DNA of 64,000 bases from Trichosphaerium sp. ATCC 40318 (Eukaryota > Protista > Tubulinea): assembly GCA_038496445.1 (NCBI GenBank), contig JALMLS010000460.1, positions 1 to 64,000 on the forward strand, read 5' to 3'. Of this stretch, positions 50,634 to 63,446 are shown in pieces; position 1 is the stretch's first letter, and every line of letters begins with the position of its first letter. Under the pieces are notes generated by a model that had not been told where the DNA came from, made no database searches, and worked only from the letters and a program-made list of their open reading frames with translations. The translations under genes were made by a program, and so were the position numbers.

Positions 50634-51145
50634 TAAAAAAAGCTTAATACCCTCACAGTTTGTTATCATAAGTTGACATGAAATAATTGTTACAACTGGT
50701 CCTATCCACATCTTAATCTAGCATTGTCCTAAACGAATAGAAATACTTTGTTTATAAAAAGCCTACATTTTCAAATTGTGAAGGGTACTAAACAACATAC
50801 CTAGCGCTGAAATCACTTATCGTCAAATACGCATGGAGCTTGCCTCGCTCATATGAGCAGTACCTATCACTATCCAATACCTTAGCTGCCGCCAAGTCCT
50901 GACTGGAATGGTGATATTACAATAGTATAGCTTTGTTTACAGGAGCATTAGGATCATCTCCAACTCACAACTAGAATGAGGAGAATCACAAAATGAGTTA
51001 TTTACCACATGAGGCAATATTTGATGCTACATACTAAACAATTGGAAATTGTTATCGTTGAAGCTTACCCACTGCCAATGCAAAATACTTTTATTTAAAT
51101 TCTATGTTGAATTCACATGCCAACAACATAATAACTTTTAACATT

Positions 51146-52900
51146 TTAGTGGGTGTCTTGGTATCTAATAAACAGGAGACGTTCAAGTAGTGTGAATCCA
51201 AGCTGTTTCATAATCTCACCTGTGATATCTTTCAAGTCAGCACACATACGATCTAACAATAATCCAAACTTCTGTGATCTCGATTCAGTAAACCCAGCTG
51301 ACATTAATACTGTGATCCAAGATGATGGTTTGTTTGTCACAGATTCTGATGGAAGTGCAATCGAAGGCTACAACAAGTTAGTGAATAATAGGATTCCAAC
51401 AAGTTGTAGTTGTTACATTGTCAAGGTTGATCGTTTCAAACTTATCCATCCATGATTGTGTTGATACAAGCTCATCAGCATTGATTAAAGGTGGTTGTTG
51501 ATTTGATTCATGCTTGATTGAATCAACTGGGCTGTCCTAAAAAGTCAAAAGAGTTACTGATCAATGGAAGTTACATGGTGAAGACTTACATTGTTGTCAA
51601 TGATTTGTTTGAGGTCTTGTCTTTGTTTGAACTGAATGAGATGACGTGCATTTTCAAGAATGTCAAGATCTTGTTTTGATTCTCCAAATTTCTGAGGTAC
51701 ATCTCGAATGACTTTTTTTGACATGAACATCTCATCATCAGATAGATGTACTTTGATTGATGATTTGTTGATGGGTTTTTTATCCAATTCTTGATGATTT
51801 ATCTAAATATCATTGAGTGTAACATACTGAAAAACGTGACATTACCTTTTTGTGATTGAACATCAAGTTCTGTGGTTCTGATTCGCCGTTATAATTAATG
51901 CCACCTGTAACCAAACCAAAACCTTGAGATATTGCCAATGAATGAAATGATTTGTGGGCAAACTCACGATATTTTCCAGGTAATTTTAATGGTGTCTTTG
52001 ATTTGAACCACTCCATCCATTTCCCTTTACCCCAAGCAAACAAACAACCTTCATCATCAATTGCAAATGATGAATTGTGACCAGCATGGATAGATTTGAT
52101 ATTGTTGAATCCTTTAATTATACCTCGAGCATACTCTTTTTTTACCAAGATTCCAAGCCGCCCTAACCCAAGACACCCATCTTTGTTACATCCAAAAGAA
52201 AATACTTGTCCTGACTTGAGGAGAACAAGCACGTGATAACGACCAATGGCAATATCAGTGGCATTTTCAATAATTGGAACACATGAAATCTATTTCGTTT
52301 CAAGAATAATGATTTGTCTATGTCCCCGATAGAGTTTGTTCCCCAAAGAAATACATGACCTTTTGATGTAATTGCTCCACTTACACACTCACTAGTTTCA
52401 ATTTTTGTGACTTTTTCAAGATGAGGAATTACTATTGGAAATGAAACTACTTCACAAAACGAATGACCCAATTCACTGTGGTAGTTGCTTCCCCAAGAGT
52501 AGACATTACCCGATTGTGATAACGCCATACTTGCATTAAAGGCAGCGACATGAGTGATATTTGTGAGATTTGGAACACGTGTTGGTGACGAAACAGGTGA
52601 CTCAAAGTGACCCAGACCGACTTGACCATCTGAATTACAGCCCCATGCATACACAATACCGCTTGAATCAGCTGCAAGGCTATGGTAGGATCCAGCAGCA
52701 ATACAGACAATATTTATGAGTGACTGTATTGGTCTTGCGATAGAACTCTTTTTGTCGGCTGTATTACCCAATTGGCGGTCATTGTTTAGTCCCCACGTGT
52801 AAACAAAGCCATCGTATGCGATTGCCATTGAATGGTGGAAACCAGTGGCCAACCGGTTAACATATTGTAAATTAACCTCGTTTGATTGCGGCTCAGCCAT
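51146..52900 (-). pseudogene. RCC1-repeat/SAM-like paralog B (single 1-bp frameshift)
   Basis: Inverted, highly similar copy of 43786-45643. One A is missing near 52290 relative to paralog A, which could be real or a sequencing error. Confidence 0.85.
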
Positions 52901-53541
52901 AAATGTGCTTTATGGTGTAAATGTTTAATTATTTTGACAAGCGGGAACTTTTCTCCCACTACATCACCATGCTCCGTGCAGGAGGTCAATACGTTTCGTT
53001 CAAGTTTTCAGACTGACTTTTAGCAAACAAAACCAGTTTCTGCCTTATCTATCAGATCTGACGGATTTGGCTTCTGACAGAACTTGCAAATCTCACTTTT
53101 TTAAAATGTAATGCGCTTACATATTCAAGCGGAAATTTTATTGCGAATCCAACCGTATCTCTAGTTCCAATAAAACTGTCTCTTATGTAAGAGCTGGGGA
53201 AAGATACAGTCCTATAACCTTTTAATTCGCTTTTAGAGCAATAAAGACTGATGTGGTCTTAACCTGCATGTGCAGTGTCTACGTAGAATACTGCAATCGT
53301 CTTGCCAATGTCAGACATTAAAAATGTGTTTACACTTAAGGGACGTAAGTCGTATTATGATAGACAGCATTGTGATTAATGGCACGCCAATAGTTCACAT
53401 TGTGATAGATCTACACCATTTGACACAAGTGTCAATTCTTGCTAGATCTGCTAAAAGTGCTAGAACCTCAGACAATATTAGTAAAACTTTACCAACACAG
53501 ACAATATGAGCACTTTACAAAACAAAAAATGAACTAATTAT

Positions 53542-54812
53542 TAGTGGTGTTAAAGAGTCGACTTTTGACTGACTCGACTCAGTCGCCAATGCATAGTACT
53601 ATTATCAATATTGTTGAGTAACGACTAACACCCATTTTTACCCCTGACAGACATGGAGTAATAACGTGTACTGACTCATGACTCGACACCGTTTTTACCC
53701 CGGCACAAGCCCTAGTCATAGTGAATACTGACTCGTGACACAAGTGTAAAATGTACACTAGTCAACTGTTAATAAAAACACCTCCTTTGTGACTTGATCC
53801 CGCTCTTTAACCTCAGTCAGTTACAACTCGAATGGTTGAGTCCGACTTGGCACCACTTTTACACCCGGCAGACATGGAGTCATAATGTTAAATGAACAAA
53901 AAAAAACCACTCACGACTCGAGCACCTTTTTAGCCCCGACAGAACCCTCAAGTCATATTATCACCATCCCTGTATGACAAAACTTGAGTCACATGCCCGA
54001 GTTGTCATTAATAAAAGCATGTGTTTTTTTTACAACAACCGCGCTAAAAACACGTAGTAAGTAAACAGAACAAAGAATTGTAAATCATGTGTTTTGTGGT
54101 GAATATCAATTTTTTTTTTTTGAATGTGTCGAGTCAACAGCGTGATCCGAGCGTCAAGTCACTATTGAGCGTGTGTAGGACTCAGGAGCAATTTTAACCC
54201 CGACTGGAGGTCACTCGCACAGAACGTCGACTCAGCAACTCTCGAGGTTATAAGAAGGCGCAGAATGGCCACTGTAAGGCCCACCTGCCCATTTTTTTGC
54301 GAGTCACAAGCGAAAGTACCTTTTTGCTCAAGTTTTTCGAAGGTGTGTCAGTGAGGACTCGAACCATTTTTCAACCCTGACGGGGTTAAAACTCGTGTCC
54401 AGTGCGACTCAGTGCACCATTTGTACTCATACAGCGTTAGGTTCACTGTGGGTGAGTCAACTCTAGTTCAGTCACATGCCCGAGTCGGGGCTAAAATCAA
54501 CGTTAAGTCATGAGTCGCCTCTACACCGACTGACTGACGACTCGACTTGGCGACTTGTTCACTGAATGATAGTCATTGGTCGACTGAGGGCCGACTTTGC
54601 TTTAAAATATTTAATGTATTTATATATATGTTGTTACCGTGAGAAATCTTATTGGTGATTGTAACTTAGCAGAGTCAAGTCAACCCTAAAAATTCGACAC
54701 AATTCAAGTCGTTCAGTCAGCCAACACAAAAATTCGACTCAATTTCAAGTCGTTCAGTCAGTCAACCCAAAAAATTTTGAGTCGACTTGACTTCAGTCGT
54801 TTAACATCACTA
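53542..54812. mobile_element. hAT-like non-autonomous transposon (8-bp TSD; GAGTC/GACTC repeats)
   Basis: 13-bp TIR TAGTGRTGTTAAA and a perfect 8-bp TSD CTAATTAT (53534-53541 and 54813-54820). Confidence 0.92.
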
Positions 54813-55039
54813 CTAATTATGCATTCGCTAGGCATGTGCTACATAGTTCCTGCACATTGTAGCTGTACTTTATGTAAAGGCTTGAGTGTGCGAAAAGCAC
54901 CTCAACTTCAAAATAAAGGGCGTGTCTGGGTTAGTGTATCTTAATTAATGAACAGTTGGAAGGCAACATCATATTTCAAAATCCATGTAATATTGGTAGT
55001 TCATACTACAGCATTTGTGTGATATTAGGGCCCTTTGTG

Positions 55040-57142
55040 TCAAAGCAAGTTGTTCCTCTTTGCTTTGATGACTTTGATACGTTCACTGATAGTGAATCCA
55101 AGTTCTTCTAAAGTATGTCCAGTAACATCAGTCACTCTAACTACCACATCGTTCATCAATGATCCAAGTTCTTGCGCTCTTCTATTTTCAATGCCTACCT
55201 TGACAAGTCTTTCTTTCCAATCAAGTTCTTTGTTGGGCTGTTGGTGTGAAGTCATTGAAGGAGTGAATGTTGGCTAACAGAAGTTAACTTTATTGATAAT
55301 GAGGTGGTGTAGCTACACCTCAGGATCGCCAATGAAACTATCCTTTTCCATCCATGAATCTGCAGACCCTACAACATTGGATACTACAACGCCCATCATG
55401 GAAGACAAAGAAGCAACATCTTTGTATTCTTCAAACATGACAGGAGTACATTGCTTGCTAGGATTGTCAAACTATGGGGTATCGTGTTAGAAATTACCTT
55501 TGTGAAATACTGTTATTTACTTGCAACAAGTCAAATCATTTGAGTAAAGATGTACCTTGTTCAAATATTGTTGAGCTTGTAGTGGCATATCACTTGATAA
55601 GTTTTGTGTATTATTAGGAAGGTAATTACCATTTTTTGGATCAAACTATACAAATTAAAAAAAATTAGTGACACAGTAAGTCAGCTTGAAGTTGAACCAA
55701 CATGTTGTTTAAAAGTACTCTACCTCATCAACATATTCCTCTTTGTTTTGTTGTATATCGGAGGATTTTAATGCATCTTTGATCATGTACATATGGTCTG
55801 GTGAGTCTCCAATCTTGGTGTACTTGTGATTGGGGTCAATCAAAGCCTTTGACAGCTTGTGTTCTGTTTTCAAATTTTCACAAATCTCTTTAAATGGTTT
55901 CAAGTTGTTGTTCTTTTCGTCATTCTCTGTATTGATTACTGGTACCCTGGTGGTATTTTGTTTCATTAGAATTGACCGCTCAAGGAGACCACAAGGATGA
56001 GTTTGATCAACCTTAGAAGGGAATTTCACACGTGGAACTGATTTGTCACCTATGTTTTTTGCTAGAACTTCTGGCGGTTTCAGAACTTTGTTTTCTACTA
56101 ATTCATCTTTTTCTCTTTTTTTGACTATTTCTTCAACCAAATACAAGACAGATTCATCGATGTTGATATTTTCTTTTGCTGACACTTCAAACCACGTTAG
56201 GAATCCATGTTTTTCGCAGAATTGTTTCATCTCATCATCACTTTTGGTAAAATCGCTTGACGCTCTCTTGTCAATCTAAGCTTGTCAGCCAGCTCCATTT
56301 CTAGAATTTTATACGATCTACTTAAAATAATTGACATACTTTGTTTAGTAGAAGTATAGTAGGAACAGGATCTTTAGTGTGTTGTAAGAAAGTGACATGA
56401 ATATCTTTTAAATATTGATGCCATTGTAGGCATGCTTTTAAAGTTGAGTCGTTTGTAATATCACATACAACCATGACACCCGAAGCATTCCTAAAGTATG
56501 ACCACTATTTAGCATTAGTGGACATCTTAAACATGAGATAAAACAGTAGAGCAACAACTGTACTACAGAAAATGTGAGTAAAATGTACATCATGTAATTC
56601 TCCCTTATAACCTACATAGAATAACTACTTAACTGTTCCAAAGACATACCTGGAATATCCTACAAATGCAAGTTAAAAAAAGCTTGTAGTTAGATCTTTA
56701 CCCATATTTTGAGCCTCACGGTGGCGTCATCAATTTTTACCTCTGTTGAAGCCACCTCTTTATTATACTACACAGAACTAAGACAAAGGAAAGCAACATT
56801 TAATATCAAGTAAGGAACTAGCCAAGGAACTGCTTCTCATTACATTGCCAGTAAAATTCAAAGTGGAAAATATGAATGATCTTACGCACAGTGAAATGAA
56901 TCTTGTCGTCCAAATGGTCACGTGTGAAGCGATTTACTATTGAAGATTTACCCGCACCTGTAGCCCCTACATTTGCATTAGGTATTTCACTGTTTATCTT
57001 GTCGAATTTCTATACAATGAAACAACAATTTAAGTAATAATAAGAGCGAACCTACAAATACCACTTTCACTTCATGTGGTTTGTTTTCTGATGTTTTAGA
57101 CTACCCAGCGTTAGTAGGCATTGAATACTTGTTTCCTCTCAT
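55040..57142 (-). CDS. Rab-like/SAM-like paralog 5
   Basis: GATGAGKS, IW|DIPG|YK, TKID, WFEVSAK, HKLSKALIDPNHKYTKIGDSPDH, ADSWMEK, and a SAM-like exon ending KRNNLL*. Confidence 0.8.
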
Positions 57143-57456
57143 AAGCCGTTGGGTTTACAGACAATAAAAAGTAATGCGATAGTAATTTACCAGTTACTAA
57201 TTGGTTTACGTACAACACGTGCTTTTACAGCTTGTTTGGACATCAACTTTTTCGTAACTGCTTCATTCTCTCAAATTGTTGTATCTGTGGTGTATTCTTT
57301 GGACCAATGGCAGTAATGAAAAACACAAAGTATTCAACATAAGTCATGATAAAAAAATGTCTTAATGGACACGTAACGAAAGATCTTTTACAATTTTTTT
57401 TTATTTTTGTAAAGGTTTTTTTTGGTTCATATAATTTACTTCCCTGTTCTTCTCTT

Positions 57457-58839
57457 TCACTTCTTCAACTTCATATGCTTACTAACAAGCTTATCAAGTC
57501 TCTCAAAAGTTACTTCTCCGCTCATATGGAAAAGATCTTTGTTTAACTTTTCAGAAATAGTAGCTACCTTCTTATCTTCGTCCCACAATCCTTCTTCTTT
57601 GAGATGGTCTTGAATTTTGCTGTGAACTTCTTCACGCGTAGCGCGATCTTTGTTGATAAATTTCTTTAAGCGCTTTGAAAGCAAGTACAAAGGCTCTCCG
57701 TTCTCGTCTTCTGGATCGCGTTTTACTTTAATTCTCGGTTTAGGTGGAGATTGGTCTAAGTCCATTGCATCCTCATCATCATCATCGTAGTACTTTACTG
57801 GATCAGGTTCTACGGCCTTACGAAGTTTTCTCTTCTTTTTTGGTGGAGCGGCTGCTTTTGTTTTTCTAGGAGCTTTAGCCTTTGGTTGCTTTACTTCTAC
57901 TTCTACAGTAATGGTTTCCTCAAGTTTAACCATATGTGGTGAGATACCTGGAATTATGAACGTCAGTTGAAGAAAGGAACTACCAACAAGAGAAGAGAGG
58001 CACAAAAGGAGTATAATTAAACGGAAATAATGAGCGCGTAGAGGAAGATTGTTTTGAAGAAGAAAAAAGACTGCTCTCTGTTTACTACTACTAACCTCCC
58101 ATGATATCTGCGTTAGATATAACATCCTTTTCAAAGAGTGCTTTCAACTTTTCATCGCAATGAATTGCTGTTCCTTCACGTTTAATTTCATTCTCTTCAT
58201 CCCTTCACCAAGCGTGTAAGCAAACAACAACACAGAGTACTAACAAGTTCGTTTTAAAGTCTCACCTGATATAGGCCCAAATGAGTTTAAGCACCCAAGG
58301 ACGTGGTGACTTATCTTTACCGCAAACTGCAGCCAAAGGTTCGTCAAGTTGATATAACGTCATTGTTTTTTGTTTAGTGGTTGTTACGCTTGACACGCTG
58401 CTCTTTCGTTTCCTCTTTTTAGCAGTAGTCTTAGGCTTTACTTCTTCTAAAACAACAAGGGAGTTAGAAAGAGATAAAGGTTATGGCGGTATAAAACATA
58501 AAAGCTCTAATTTAAAGCTTTTCAGGCACTCCGCGCGTGCAGGAATGGTATTTAGCGTATAAACTCTGTTATTAACATATTGTGGTAGAGATACGTTATA
58601 TTTACAAAAATATAATAAAACGCACCTTCTTCTGAAGATTCTTCGCCATCTCCACTAAATTTATCTTTTACAATATCAAATATTTGCTGTTTGATGATGT
58701 GGACCAAACCAGACAGGTCTTCGTCTACAGCTTCCTCCAATTGAGCGCGGACATCCTTTACTGTTGTCCCTTCGTAATCATCTATCTTTTTAACAATCTC
58801 TCGTAATCGTTTTGAAGCGAGAGAACTCAATCCGGCCAT
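57457..58839 (-). CDS. DEK-C + two SWIB/MDM2 domains (UAF30/TRI1-like chromatin protein)
   Basis: DEK-C-like N-terminus (T.KDVRAQLEE...DLS). SWIB 1 reads LDEPLAAVCG...LIWAYIR...IHCDEKLKALF...ISPHM, and SWIB 2 reads LSKRLKKFI...LVSKHM. Confidence 0.85.
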
Positions 58840-59087
58840 TGTGGTAGTGTTTAGATGCGCTATCGGCGAGAAATTACGTAATTAAAAAATAACAGCAACA
58901 AAAAAAAAAGTCAAACAAGTTATTTTCAAAATTATGTAACAAGTCAAAGACTTTACTCTTTCTGCCGTCTCACGTGTCTTTAGACAGAAAGAAAAACTAA
59001 AGCAAAAAGAAACTTATTTGCCATTTTATTGTATTGATACAGGCGCAAATATGCAGTTATAACAAGCACCGAGAAAATAAACTAAAT

Positions 59088-60980
59088 CTATCCAAGCGCT
59101 TTTGTAAAATCTTTTTGAACAAAGTGCATAAACGCCTGGTTAGTCCACTGGTTCTTTTTAAGTTTGCCTCTTCTAAAGTGAATCAAGTGACGGCCCATGA
59201 AAAGCAAAGCATCACCTACACGAAGTTTTAGAACAAAAACTTCAAAAACGGAAAAAAAAAAGGTCTTACCAGCAAATAAGTCGGCATCAACAATTTCTTC
59301 CTCTGGTGGTTTTGTCTCTGGGTTACGGCCTGGCCAGTCATCCTTTCTATGGAACTTTGGTTTATGACCGAGAGATAAGAGCCAAGGATCATCCCAAGGT
59401 TTGTTCTAAGGTAAGGTCAGCAAGCTGTTAACTGAATACAACAAATTGCTTACCTCAATACTCATAGAGAAAGTGAACTCGCATTGGAAGCGATCAGTAT
59501 GAGGTTGCAAGAAAGATCCCTCAACATATCCGCCAAAGTAGGTGTAAGTAGCTTTAGCTTCATGTGCAACGACCTAAGACAACTTTAAGCAAAATGAACT
59601 TTGTCTTCGGAAAAACAAGCCAACAAGAAGGACCACGTACTCTTCTAACTAGATCTGTAAAAGTCCAGTGGAAATGAGCAATACAACGTGAGTTATATGC
59701 GACATAACGCTTAGCTTGAGGATCACCAAGTTTAAGACGATTTGAGTTTACCAAAGAGTGATAACACTTCTGTAGAGTACGCAATGGGTACGGGTGCACG
59801 ATCTTACGCAAGATAATGAACTTATTATCAGCAAAAAAATCTGGTGTCTACGCGTGTAGTTAGCGAATCGGTTTTTTTAATCCAAAAAAAAATAAATAAT
59901 AAGCACGTACACGAGGAGGTAGTTGAGCGTAGTTATGGTACGCTACAGGATAAAATTGTTTAAAGAAAAATAAGTTAAATGTTGCGTCTTTTTCTACTTC
60001 ATGGTCATATTCACGCTTGAGTAACTGTTAGTACAACGATCCCGTAAAAACGTAAAATTACACGTTCTTTTTTTGTGAATTGAGGAAAGTTTGTTTTAAA
60101 ACAGTTCTAATATCAATATATGATTTTACACGTACCATACGAGGTGAACCACGACGTTTCATAATTAATGCGAAAAATTCTTCCCACAACGATGGTTTTT
60201 TCTTCATTGCTTCTTCCCAAGTGACCAACGAACCGGCTTTGTCGCCCTTTGCCTCTTGGGTGATACCTAGAGCCAACAGTGAGTTAATTTACAATTTACA
60301 ATCTCGGCTAACCTTTGTACACCAAAATGATTGGATAACTATCCACTTTAGACTCAACCTAACCGTATGTCAGCGGATCTTAACGAACATGTTAACAAAG
60401 CGTAACGTACTTTCGCGAGTGTAGCGAGGGCGTCATCATATCGCTCTAGCTTTGTAGCAACCAGTGCGAGGTTTGTAAATGCATTTACGCAAGTTTTGTC
60501 TAGTTTTGTCGCATTGTGGAACTGCCAATACGCGTCCCAAAGCGCTCCTTGCTTATAATTGCCGAGATCATCGCCGTAATTCTCAAAAAACCTGTTTACC
60601 GAGCTTACGCCTTGTTGGTTCCACTCTGAAGCGATCTTGTTTGAGCAAGCAGTTACAGCCCACTTATTACCGCCATTTCGGTCAGCACAGTTGGGATTGA
60701 AACATTTTGGGTTCTTCTGGACCTCGTAACTCTTCGATTGTTTGGTGACGTCAAGGGACCATCGTTGGTCATCGGTTGAAACGACAGGGTCTACCTTTGC
60801 TTCACTTGTTGCAGGGCGTGAAGTGGCTGGATCAATTACTACAGGCGCAGCTGTCGGGCCATCATCACCACCAGGGTGTAGTGTGAAAACAAACACGAAA
60901 AAGAGTATTACGCAAACTCCAGCGAAATATGTGAAGTAGCGTCTGCCTTTACTTTGGCCATTGGAGCCGCGAGAGCGCAT
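59088..60980 (-). CDS. Type II membrane TPR + 2OG-Fe(II) oxygenase
   Basis: N-terminal TM, a TPR (AFTNLALV..KLERYDDA), HxD in YTYFGGYVEGSFLQPHTDRFQCEFTFS, and the distal His in GDALLFMGRHLIHFR..NQAFMHF. Confidence 0.8.
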
Positions 60981-61069
60981 TTTGCGATTAGCCTGTTGTC
61001 TACGTTGCTTGGTGTTGGCTTAAGTCTGTCTTACCGTTCCTTAGCTTTTTGCCATAAATTCTACGTGCA
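60981..61069. promoter_or_regulatory. Putative bidirectional promoter (89 bp between divergent ATGs)
   Basis: Head-to-head start codons at 60980 (-) and 61070 (+). Confidence 0.55.
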
Positions 61070-61547
61070 ATGTCAAACATCGTTGGAGATCTTGTTAAAA
61101 CCATTACTGGCTTGAAGGTACAGAAAACAACAGCGAAAACTAAAAAAAAACTTTTACTGTTCTGCCGTTTCTTATCACCTTTAGACGCCTTGTGAGGGCA
61201 TGCTCTCATTGATTCTTGGGTATGCCAAATCTTTTTTGCTTGCGTTTTTTTTTGGCTTTCTGTTTGTATCGCCTCCTGTTGCTTACTGTAACGTAGAATC
61301 ATCAACATTTTCTTGCCTGGCATCGGTGTTATTGTTGGGGGTGTTATTGATGGATTAAATATCTCTCACATTATCATTGGACTCATTCAATTGGTGCGTA
61401 GCGCCTAATTACTCACTTGTGCCAATTTTGTTTCAAAACCCGTTAATTGACGCTTTTCTACAGGTAACATGCTGGCTAGTTATTGGGTGGTTATGGGCTA
61501 TCATTTGGGGTATTATTATGATTATACGTGGTGCTAGTGCTGCTTGA
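61070..61547 (+). CDS. Stum/SPEC3-like small hydrophobic membrane protein (4 exons; not in the ORF track)
   Basis: Spliced product MSNIVGDLVKTITGLKTPCEGMLSLILGIINIFLPGIGVIVGG...IGLIQLVTCWLVIGWLWAIIWGIIMIIRGASAA*. Confidence 0.8.
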
Positions 61548-62042
61548 TCGAAAAAAACAGCCGGTACTAGTTGTCCCGTAAGCATAGATGTAGACAGATC
61601 ACGTTTGAATAAAGAGACTGTTTATTGTTTACCGGGTTTTTGTGTTGACGCGACACGAAGGAAATGCCATCCTATGCATTGTAGCGTACTGTTCCGGAGT
61701 GAGTAAATAGATAAAAACAACTTGGAGCCTTTTCGGATCTGTATTTCGTACTTTGCAGTATCGCATTTGTAAACGCTTGCAATGCGGTCTTGTAGTTGTG
61801 CCGCGAGTAACTGCTACCTTCCTAAAAAAACATGAGGTTTTTTGAATGTGATTTTTAATCGAGGTGAACTTGCGCTATTCTGAGTTACTACTATAGCTTG
61901 AATTGAGTATAAACATGTGAGAGGTTCGCCATAAAATGAGATTATTGTAACGAACGGATGAAAATAGCATGTTTCGTCCACGTGTTTATAAAACGTTTTC
62001 CAAGTCTGGTTTGTGTTTTTTACATTTTTATTGCTGTTGTTT

Positions 62043-63307
62043 TCAGAAAAAATACGATTTGGTAGTGTCTAATTCAAGTGGTGGTACTGGCCAAGTTGTT
62101 GATGGTTCCCAGTGCTTATGGTGAATGGATTTATGAAGCTGCACAGTACCAATATCAAGGTCTCTACGAAGAGATATGAAATCATTTCGTTGTTCTTTGT
62201 TTTTATCAACATTGATATTTGTAGTCAATGAACTCTTATTAGAATCGATTGGTTTTAGTTTTTGTGTTGCACCAGCAGAAAGCATAAATTCTTCATCTGA
62301 ATCGTCATTCTTTTTCCTTTGCACATGTTGTTTTAAGCCATTTTCAAGCAAAGCTTCAAAAGATTTAAGTTCTTTTTTTGTAAAAGTACAAACAATCCTA
62401 GTTTCTTTCTGTGTCGTTCTACTATGTAAGCAAGTTGAATACATCGCATTGTACTTAGCCAATACATTGCTTAGATCCATTTTAGCCTTCTGGTATTCTT
62501 TCCGTTTACGCTGTCGATGTTTTAGTTGTAGCTCTGCTTCTGTTTTGCAATACGCTGCAATTAGTTCGCTCTTTGTTGGTGAAATGTCAGTACAAATGAA
62601 GTAGAATTCGTCAGTTAATTACCTGGTGCCTACTATTCGTCACTGACGCGTTTATTGGTCTTGTTGTTTGTAAATGCCGCCTTTTCGCCGGTCGTTGTGT
62701 AGTTGCATCTAGAATACGCTATAAGTACATGGTTGTGTATGATATGGCGGTGTTAGTACATAAATCGGTATTTTGAGTATTTGTTGCGTATATGACGTCG
62801 TTTATCGTTCTTTTTACGCCTGAAAGCGTAGTTGTTGCCATTGCAATGCATGAAAGCTTCTTTTAGCTGTACCATAGTTTATGCGAAATCGCAACTTTTA
62901 ATTGTCCCACTTCCTGATTGTCTAACCTTTTGCAAGCTACTGTCAGTACGTACTTTAATATTGATATTGATGTTTGTAGGGCGGATGTATGTTGGGTTAA
63001 TTACAGCTGGGTCATTGGACACGTTTAACTTTCACTAGCCTGTTTATACACTAGTAATACGCGCGTAAAGTGCTATTCTGGCTATTAGAGCAATAGTAGT
63101 GGAATTTTAAGCAAAAAGGAGAATAACCGTTTTCTTGTTGAAGTAGAATTTTTTTTCGTAATTATTTTCTAGCCAAAGTACAAAGGTAAATATGTGTTAG
63201 GCATTGCATTTCAAATAAAACTACAAGTGTCCTTCCTCCATTGATGAAGTTGCAACATGTGTACACATACAACTGCCCATTTCTGTTTCACCCTTTCTAC
63301 TCTCCAT
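62043..63307 (-). CDS. Hypothetical multi-exon protein
   Basis: Long terminal exon 62043-~62620 with a clear splice acceptor. Upstream exons are uncertain. Confidence 0.4.
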
Positions 63308-63446
63308 CTAGTTTACCATTGATGTAATTGCAATGTATAAAAGATCTAGGCTTCCACTTTGGAGCGTGACATCAGAATATATAATTTGATGATCTTAGTA
63401 TCCGCCATTATTAAGTGATTGATAGGCTTTGAATTTTTGCATTACA

